This document shows, piece by piece, positions 36,806-45,810 of a stretch of DNA of 45,810 bases. Each line of letters starts with the position of its first letter. Position 1 is the stretch's first letter. Under the pieces are notes generated by a model. It worked only from the letters and a program-made list of their open reading frames with translations, ran no database searches and was not told where the DNA came from. A program made the translations under genes and the position numbers. Source of the DNA: Chiloscyllium plagiosum (taxonomy: Eukaryota); contig NC_057711.1 of assembly GCF_004010195.1 (NCBI RefSeq), forward strand, positions 73,227,972 to 73,273,781, given 5' to 3'.

Positions 36806-38814
36806 GTGAAGCTTGGTAGATGTTTTGAGGGACTGGCAACTGATTACCATCTGAGTGTTTCCCTTCAGTTCCCTGAATCACCATTTACCAATTGCCAGTT
36901 ATTGCATGTTGCTGCTGCAAAATGGCTGCTGTCACCACCTGCACAATTTCATTGTTTAACTTGCTGAGCATAGCAAATTCTTTCTTATATGGTTAATGAT
37001 GTTAGTGCTGGCAGCAATGTGTGAAAATACAATCTTCTAAGCCCAGCTCAACTGTTTTGATTACCTTGGGTTTCTTGCTCTATGAATCTTTTCATGGTGT
37101 GGAATTTTGCACCTGCCAATAAAGATTGTTGGTGCTTCATAAATGCATCATTTTCCACATATATGAACATGGATTGTTTAATTTCAGAATTACAATGCCC
37201 TGTTGGTTTTGACTTGGTCTAGGAACATACACATTTTAAGAAATAAGATGACAGCATGTTTGAATACGTACTGGCATGCATGGAATGTTGATGGTGGTGA
37301 GCAGTCAGATTACACTTGGAGGCCTATTTAAAACAAGTTAACATAAAGGTTGGTGAATATTCTTGCAGGGTACAGTTCTCCTTATTTTGTATACAGACTT
37401 TCCAAACAAGATCTCAACGTCCCATTAAAAACATTATCAGTTATCTGAACAAAACACTCCCTGTCCATCTTGTTTGGATAATTAGAGGTTGTCCTATATA
37501 CTGAAATCTGAATACATTGGATGCACACATTGGATAGTCATTAACTTCATTTTTGCTCTCCATGAGTTCAGATGTTTGAATAAAATATGCTGATAGTATA
37601 GTAAACTATTTTATCTGGCACCTTAAAAACCTGTAGTCTTTGATTAAACTGGCAAGATTTATTTACTTCCTACTGCATAGTTTACTGTATTATTCTGTTC
37701 AATTATTATAGTTTTTAAAATGTTTTTACCTCTGTGTAAATAAACTTGTTCAGCTGAATGGCCACAAAATTTAATCAATTGTTGCTATTTCAAGTCAATT
37801 TCTTATCAATACTGCGATGACCAGCAAGTCTGAGAAAGATGTATGAAAGCTGTCTGTCAGTAAGTTTTTTTTTGAAATTTAAGGCAAAGTTGGATTGTTA
37901 TTGAAGTGATTTATGCTGTAAATGAAGTATAACAGTATATTAGGTTTCTGTTACTTGGTGTATGTTTTTACATTGATTATGTAGACCTCTTGATTGATCA
38001 AATATTCCAGATAACGATCAGCACACTCCTGGTTTCATAGGTGTCAGTTTTACTGTAATTGATCTTTGAGTATGTGAACAAAATCTATACTTTGATTTTT
38101 CAATGCTCATCTTGTTTGAAAACCAGATATTTGTATGTTGTTTTAATTAAGCTTGCACTTGTCCGCAGTAACAATCAGGGCTGATTTTTGCACTCCATCT
38201 TGGTGCACAGCAATGTACACCGGCAGTACCTCCTTGGAACTAGAGGCCTGGTACTAATCCATTTTCTTTGTTGCAACCTAAATGGCTAGAACATTAGGCA
38301 TTCTATCTGGATGCCCTACTCCTCACTCAACTCACCTCATTCCAAGCAGCATTTGTGATTTTAATTTATAACCCCTGTTCTGGAGCTGAATTGAAAATTC
38401 TGGATTGCCATTCCATTTAGGTAAAATGGACATGTGTGAAATAGTGTAGGTTCGATTGGCTTCAGATTGGTACGACAGGTTGGCGCAACATCGAGGGCTG
38501 AAGGGCCTGTACTGCGCTGTGTTCTGTAAAAGATATATTAATAGATTCTGCTGGTTAAATCAACGGTTTCTGCTTGCTTTGGATTTCTTGTATCTGTAGG
38601 AAAGTAACTTTGTGTTATTGTGTAATTTACTGCCACTCTTCCAGAAATTCTCATTAGTACAGCTATTGTTCTGAATTTGATTGATTGATTGTCTCATGTC
38701 TTCATTTCATTTGTTCTGTTTTCTTTCTTGTGTTTGATCATGCACAGTCCCATTTCTTCACTTATTCTACATGGACCCTAAATGAAAATCTACCCAGGAT
38801 GGATTGAAGGATGG

Positions 38815-39692
38815 GTCAGGCAAGTTTGCAGACGACAAAAAGGTTAGAGGTGTCTTTGACAGTATAGAGGGCTGTTGTAGGCAGCAGCGGGACATTGACA
38901 GGATGCAGAGATGGGCTGAGAGGTGGCAGATGGAGTTCAACATGGATAAATGCGAGGTGATGCATTTTGGAAGGTCGAGTTTGAAAGCTGAGTACAGGAT
39001 TAAGGATAGGATTCTTGGCAGTGTGGAAGAACAGAGGGATCTTGGTGTGAAGGTAAATAGATCCCTTAACATGGCCACCCAAGTGGACAGGGTTGTTAAG
39101 AAAGCACATGGTGTTTTGGCTTTCATTAACAGGGGGATTGAGTTTAAGAGTCTTGTTGCAGCTCTATAAAACTTTGGTTAGACCGCACTTGGAATACTGC
39201 ATCCAGTTTTGGTCGTCCTATTATAGGAAAGATGTGGATGCTTTGGAGAGGGTTCAGAGGAGGTTTACCAGGATGCTGCCTGGACTGGAGGGCTTATCTT
39301 AAAGAGAGGTTGACTGAGCTTGGACTTCTTTCATTGGAGAAAAGGAGGAGGAGAGGGGACCTAATTGAGGTATACAAGATAATGAGAGGCATAAATAGAG
39401 TCGATAGCCAGAGACTATTTCCCGGGGCTGAAATGGCTAACACAAGGGGTCATAGTTTTAAGCTGGTTGGAGTAAAGTATAGAGGGGATGGCAGAGGCGG
39501 GTTCTTTACACAGAGTTGAGAGCATGGGATGCATTGCCAGCAGCAGTTGTGGAAACAAGGTCACTGGGGACATTTAAGAGACTGCTGGACATATGGTCAC
39601 AGAAATTTGAGGGTGCATACATGAGGATCAATGGTCGGCACAACATTGTGGGCTGAAGGGCCTGTTCTGTGCTGTACTGTTCTATGTTCTAT
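38815..39692 (+). mobile_element. CR1 3' 0.9 kb
   Basis: KFADD...WQMEFNMDKCEVMHFG...LEYCIQFWS...GDLIEVYKIMRG; tail (ttctatg)n. Confidence 0.92.
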
Positions 39693-39869
39693 CACTAATA
39701 TTGGTCTCCATAATATTTGTATCGTTCAAAACTCTGCCCTTGTCTTTTTTTCTGAGCGTGGACCACAAATGCACTACCAAATGAAGATCATTTAACCTGT
39801 CTTCAGACTGACTTGCTGTCTTTGAATAGTCCAGTCTGTGTCGTTCTATTTCAATCTTTGCATCCTTTC

Positions 39870-42800
39870 ATCCTTTTTCTTTTGGATCATTGGAATCTCT
39901 CCTGGGATAGAAGTGACCTGTCTAAGAAGGACGGATTAAACCTGAATTGCAAGGGGACTATTATGCTGGATGGGAGATTTGCTAGAGCTGTTCAGGATTT
40001 AAACTAGTAAAAGGGTGGGGTGGGGGTTGGGGAAGTGGGGAAATAGTGAAGAAAGATCAGTCTAAGGCTGGTACAGTTGGGAAAAGGAGTAAGTCAGTAG
40101 TGACGATGGGCGAGAACAAAGTAGAACTGAGAAATTAAACTTGCATTGAAATAAATGCAGAGCCTAATAGGTAAGGCAGATGAACTATGGGCATGGTTGG
40201 GAACATGTGATAGGAATATCATAGGCATGACTCTGATGGACAGGACTGGCAGCTTAATGTTCCAGGGTATGGATCCTATTAGAAAGGAGAGGAGGGGGTG
40301 TGTTTTTTTTTTGCTAAGAGCTAACAATATGGCTGTATTTAAGGAGGATTTTCCTGGGAATATATCCAGGGAAGTTATTTGGGTGGAACTGAGAAATAAG
40401 AAAGGGATAATCACCTTATTGGTATTGTGCTACAGACCATCCAATAGTCAGCGGGAAACTGAAAAACCAATTTGAGGAGATCTCCGTTATCTGTAAGAAT
40501 AATAGGGTGGTCATGGTAGGAGATTTTAACGTTTCAAACATAGACTGGTAGTGCTATTGTGTTTAGATGGAGAGGAATTTGTGTGTACAAAAAGAATTCT
40601 GATTTAATATGTAGATGTACCCACAAGAGAAGGACCTCTACTCTTGGGGAAATAAGGCAGGGCAGGTGACTGAGTTGTCGGGGGGTGAAGCACTCTGGGG
40701 CCAGTGACCATAATTGTATTAGTCTTAAAATAGTGATGGAAAAGGATAGACCGGATCTAAAAGTTGAAGTAGTAAATTGGAGAAAGGCCAATTTTGACAG
40801 TATTAGGCAAGAACTTTCAGAAATTGATTGGGGGCAGATATTCTCAGGTAAAGGGAAAAATGGAAAGCCTTCAAAAATGAGATATTATCTCTGGACGTTT
40901 GCTATGTTCATGTTAGGGTGAAGGGCAAGGCTGGTAGGTGTAGGGAATTCTGGATGACTAGAGAAATTTGAGGTTTTGGTCATGGGAAGAAAAAGAAGCA
41001 TATGTCTGGTATGGACAGCAGAAATAGAGAGAGTGAATCCTTAAAATACAAAGACAGTAGGAGTATATGTAAGAGGGAAATCAAGGGAGCAAAGAGGATA
41101 TAGGAGATGGCTGAGGCAAGTAAGGTTAAGGAGAATCCAGAGGAATTTTATAGATACGTTTAAGGACAGACCAGTAACTAGGGAGAGAAAAGGCTTGCAT
41201 AAAGATCAGCAAGGTGGCCTACGCATGGAACTGCGAGATGGGGGTGATACTACATGATGATTTTGCATCAGTGTTTACTGCAGAGAAAGATATGGAAGAC
41301 TTAGAATGAGGGGAAATAAATCGCGGCATCTTCAAAAATGTCCATATTGTAGAGGAGTTTGTGCTGGATGGCTGACAACTCCTAAAGGTGGATAACTCCC
41401 CAGGACCTGATTAGAAATACACTAGAACTATGTGGGAGGCTAGGCACGTGGTTGCTGGGCCCCTTGCTGTGATATTTGTATCATCGATAGTCATGGGTGA
41501 GGTGCCAGAAGACTGTAGGTTGGCTAACGTGATGTCACTATTTAAGAAGGGTGGTAAGGACAAGCCAGGGAACTCTAGACCAGTGAGCGTGACGTCAGTG
41601 GTGGGCAAGTTGTTGGAGAGAATCCTGAGGGACAGGGTATACATGTATTTAGAAATTTAAGGACTGATTAGGGATAGTTAACATAGTTTTCCACACACAA
41701 AGCCATGTCTCTCAAATTTGATTGAGTTTTTTGAAGTAGGATTTGATAAGGGCAGAACAGTAGACGTGATCTGTATGGACGTCAGCAAGGCGTTTGACAA
41801 GATTGCTCATAGACTGGTTAGCAAGGTTAGATCTCGTGGAATAGCATGCAGTGTGCTTTTGCCTAGTCTCCTGAATGCAGAGCGAACTTCACGGAAAACC
41901 CTGAGCCCCTGAGGAATTCGATTTAACCGAAATAATCAATTAACCGAACGAAATAGTGCCCACCCATCTCATTCGGATAATCGAGGTTCCTCCGTATTTG
42001 GATACAGAACTACTTCAAAAGTAGACTGGGGTTGTGGTAGAGGGTTGCTTTTCAGACTGGAGCCACTGACCAGTGGTGTACTCCAAGATTTGGTGCTGCA
42101 TCCACTACTTTTTTTGTCTTTCAGATAAATTACTTTGTGAACATAGGTGTACCAAGTAAGTCTGCAAATTGGAGGTGTATTGGACAGTGAAGGAGGTTGC
42201 CTCACGGTACAATGGGATCTTGAATGAATGGGTCAATGGACTGGAGTGGCAGATGGCGTTTAATTTAGATAAATGTGAAGTGTTGCATTTGGAAAGGCAA
42301 ATCTGGGCAGGACGTATATTCTTCATGATAAGGTCCTGCGAGTGTTGCTGAACAAAGTGACCTTGGAATGCAGGTTCATAGTTCCTTGAAAGTGGAATCG
42401 CAGGTTGATAAGATAGTGAAGAAGGCTTTATTAGTCAGTGCATGGAGTATAGGTATTGGGAGGTCATGTTGCAGCGGTACAGGACGTTGGTTAGGCCACT
42501 TTTTTTTATTGGAGTACTGAATTCTGGTCTCCCCGCTATAGGAAGAATGTTGTGAAATTTGCAAGGGTTCAGAAAGAATTAAAGGAAGTTGCCAGTTGTT
42601 TTTTTGGGGCGGGTGGGTTGAGCTGTAGGGAGAGGCTGAATGGATTGGGGCTATTTGCCCTGGAGTATCAGAGGCCGTGGGATGACCTTGGAGGCTTATA
42701 AAATCATGAGGGGCGTGGATAAGATAAATAGACAAGTCTTTTCAAAGTTTGTGAGAAGATTTGTAGTTCGCGTGCTTGTTGTTGTTTAGAGGTATGTGGG

Positions 42801-42900
42801 CTAAACGCTGGCAAATGCAATTAGATTTATCGAGGATATCTGGTTGGCATGGATGAGTTGGACCAGAGGATCTGTTTGTATGTTGTACATCTCTGACTCT
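39870..42900 (+). mobile_element. Long degenerate CR1 (ORF1 end through 3' tail)
   Basis: KKDGLNLN (ORF1), VIWVELRNKKG...CYRP (EN), PEDCRLANV-SLFKKG...RPVSVTSVVGKLLE and DVSKAFDK (RT). Confidence 0.88.
41846..41996. mobile_element. Tc1/mariner (Tigger-like) end fragment inserted in CR1
   Basis: Ends ttcggataatcgaggttcctccgTA; the reverse complement TA-cggaggaacctcgattatccgaa resembles Tigger/pogo TIRs. It interrupts the CR1 RT. Confidence 0.55.
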
Positions 42901-43360
42901 ATCTGGCACTCTTCAGGAGTTTTGTTAATTTTATTCATGGGCTGAGGCAGCATTTGTGCCCCTGGAGAAGGTGGTGGTAAACTGTAAGTAGACCCACAAT
43001 GCTATGAGGGAGGAAGTTCCAGGATTTTGAGCTTGAATGGGAAGTTGCATGTGTGGTGTTCCCACAAACCTGCTGAAATTGTCCTTCTAGATTGTAACAG
43101 TCATGGCTTTGATAAGTGCTTTCCAAGGAAGCTTGGTGAATTTTTCTGATAAATCGTGTAGATGGTACACTCTGCCACTGTACAGTGTTGAGGAGGGAGT
43201 GAATGTTGATGTGGTCCTATCAAGTGGCCTGCTTTGTTTTGGATGGTATTGGGCTTCTTGAAAGTTTATGGAACTGTTACTGTTCCAGGCAAGTGGGGCA
43301 TATACCATCACACTCCACTTGAGCCTTTGTAAATGGTGGACAGGCTTTGAGCATTCAGGA

Positions 43361-43560
43361 AAAGTGCAGTAGGTCAGGCAGCATCCAAGGAACAGGAGAA
43401 TCGACGTTTCGGGCAGGAGCCCTTCTTCAGGAATCCTTCCTGAAGAAGGGTTCCTTCCCGAAACGTCGATTCTCCTGCTCCTTGGATGCTGCCTGACCTG
43501 CGCTTTTCCAGCAATGCATTTTCAGCTCTGATCTCCAGCATCTGCAGTCCTCACTTACTA
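43361..43560. mobile_element. Family A inverted pair (two hammerhead motifs in opposite orientation)
   Basis: 43358-43432 is near-complementary to 43438-43509; TSD ctttg(a/g)gcattcagga at 43345-60 and 43561-76. Confidence 0.85.
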
Positions 43561-44658
43561 CTTTGGGCATTCAGGAGGTGAGTTACTTGATACAAGATTC
43601 CTAACCTCTGACCTATTCTTGCAGCCACAGTGTTTATATGGCTAATCAATTACAGTTTCTGGTCATTGGTAACCTCTAACATATTGATGCTGAGGGATTC
43701 ACTGATGGTATTGTCATTGAATGTTCAGGGGTGATGGTAGAGTTCTCTAAGTGGGCATTTGTAAAGCAGACCTTTTTTATCAAGTGAACGTTGATCACTA
43801 ACTCTGACAATACTGTCTATCTCGCCCTGGATGAAAACCTAATCACTGAACATTAATTTCTTTGTAATATTGAACACATTGTATTTTGATTTCATGCCTA
43901 TTTTCAAAATAAAATAGTTCCTGAGGCACTGATATGACAGTGAACTACTTTGTCCTTTTATTTTTTTTTTTTGTTGTACTAGACTCTTCCCATACCCTAT
44001 AAGTTCCTTCTCAGTACGGCTACTGGTTGTAGTTGAAAGTGGGAGTTCCCTAAACATTTTGTCTCTGAATTCCATCGAGGCTCACCCTTTTCTTATCAGG
44101 GCCAACCTTTGTAAATGACTACTTTCTGTGCTCCTTTCAATAAATGAGTTATGCTCTTTGATATTGAACACTATTTTGCATTGAGGGTAATGAAGACAGA
44201 ACAATGCACTTAGATGACCAACTTCTAGTGTCCATCACAAAAGTTACACTCGCCACGACGACAGCTGTCCCAACCGTGATAATGACTGCTTGGTGGCAGG
44301 GACACAAACAAGTTAGAGATCTGCCCCACCTACACACATAATGTGAGAGTGACCATTGCACAAACCCTGTCTACTTCAGATTTAAAAGTAATTAACTTGC
44401 AATATTGACTGTTCAACGTTCCATTGCTCTGGATTTGTGTTTCTAGCTTTAATGTTTGTTTAATGTTAAGCTGGTTTTACTGGTTGCATTTATTTGGTGG
44501 TGCAGAAATTGCTCTACAATGAGTAATAGCACAACTGCATTTTTGAGATAGTGGATGCACTATCTGACAGACCTTCTAAACTCGCTCTAAGGCAAGCATG
44601 AAGGAAACTGGTTTGCAAATTTCTTTTTTCGGCACCAAGTCAAACAGTTTGAAAAGCT

Positions 44659-44857
44659 GGATTTAGGTTTGCTCGCTGCTTTTCCTGCTTTCTATATATT
44701 TCTATTTCTAAATAGAAAGCGGGAATTATCCTTCACCTGAGGCCCACTGAAGATGTTACCTAGTAGGGTGATGAAACATCTGGAAATAAACCTTTCAGCT
44801 CAGTGAGCAAACTTACATCCAAAATCTCCAACCTGAACTATAAATCTTCTCAAAACT
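44659..44857 (+). mobile_element. Penelope-terminus insertion, family B, with hammerhead motif
   Basis: cca-CTGAAGA-tgttacc-tagta-gggtgat-GAAACATC-tgg at 44744-83; TSD cagtttgaaaagct at 44645-58 and 44858-71; short inverted 5' piece. Confidence 0.72.
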
Positions 44858-45632
44858 CAGTTTGAAAAGCTCTAAAGGTGGTGAATGACTTGTCACTTAA
44901 ATGATTACTCCATACGATTATTCATAGGAAGTATGAGGATTGCTTCCAATTATTGCCAACAGTTGGGGAAAGATAGAATATCTATGTTAAAATTCTGAAG
45001 CATTAGAGTTTGTATTGTGTAAAGGTTGCAATGGAAGTGCAAACCTCCTTTTGTGGTTTAACTTTGAAGGCATTTTATCCTAGTTGGCTTGAGACCATTT
45101 CAGAGAGCAACCATGTTGCTTTGGGACCATGGTCACATGCATATCTGACTGAATTGAATGGCAAGTTTTTTTCCCTGACCAGCATTAGTGAACCAGATGG
45201 TGTACAAGCAAATTTGAAGTAGCACTGCATAGTAGTGTTCCAAAGTAAGACCTGGATAAGAGTACAAAATTGTTTTCTTTAGCTCATACTTCACATTAAA
45301 AGGAAATTGATTGGTGACATCAACTGAAGATTCTGACTTGGCAATTCCAATTAATTGTGGATCAAAATGAGCAGACCAAATGTGGATGACTACTGAATTC
45401 TTGTTTTTGTTCAACTTTCTCTGTGACCTCTCTCTTCTCTATCTCCTAACTTGCCTTTGCTGTTCTTGTTCATGCCTGATGATTGGAAAAAAAAACATTG
45501 GTTCAACATTAACTGTGCTTACAGCTGCATCATCCCAAGTTATGGACTTCTCTCCCAAACCTTTGGCTGTCCCACTCTCCTCCTAAGATATTCCTTTGCA
45601 TATTGGTCTACTAGTATAACATTTATGCATGG

Positions 45633-45810
45633 AAATGTGTTGCTGGAAAAGCGCAGCAGGTCAGGCAGCATCCAGGGAACAGGAGAATCGACGTTTCGGG
45701 CATAAGCCCTTCTTCAGGAATGAGGAAAGTTTGTCCAGCAGGCTAAGATAAAAGGTAGGGAGGAGGGACTTGGGGGAGGGGCGTCAGAAATGTGATAGGT
45801 GGAAAGAGGT
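45633..45810 (-). mobile_element. Family A copy extending past the window end
   Basis: Intact minus-strand CTGAAGA-agggc-ttat-gccc-GAAACGTC at 45690-717. Confidence 0.8.

Larger units (their letters stand above)
19048..45810 (+). other. LMNB1: Lamin intron 1 (continues beyond the window)
   Basis: GT donor at 19048. I recognised no exon-2-like sequence (YAKKESDL...-type) downstream; the remainder is TE-rich. Confidence 0.7.

Noticed and set aside
19048..45810. Lamin exon 2 or a nested host gene
   Set aside because: No lamin coil-1B continuation recognised; the recognisable longer ORFs are LINE fragments and the rest are unassignable. A small exon could have been missed by eye.

Overview
Eukaryotic, repeat-dense vertebrate genomic DNA, most likely from a shark. 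The evidence is HE1/V-SINE copies, abundant elasmobranch-type CR1 LINEs and Penelope remnants. The only intact host coding sequence I can support is coding exon 1 of a B-type lamin (best match LMNB1, 18689-19047, +). It lies in a CpG-rich promoter region and is followed by an intron of at least 26.7 kb running to the window end. About 2 kb upstream is the most interesting structure: an apparently non-autonomous LTR retroelement (about 9779-16721). It has two direct LTRs, a tRNA-Leu-type primer-binding site and a polypurine tract, and its interior carries an intronless, internally deleted RBPMS2 retrocopy with no poly(A) tail, consistent with LTR-mediated mRNA capture. Its 5' LTR is split by a CR1 that is itself split by a Penelope (RT + GIY-YIG) element with inverted terminal repeats. 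The window also holds several short TSD-flanked Penelope-terminus insertions carrying minimal hammerhead-ribozyme motifs, and one CR1 copy with three ~30-40 bp micro-inversions. Most ORFs in the track are TE fragments or noise. All family assignments are by eye from remembered consensus sequences, not database searches.
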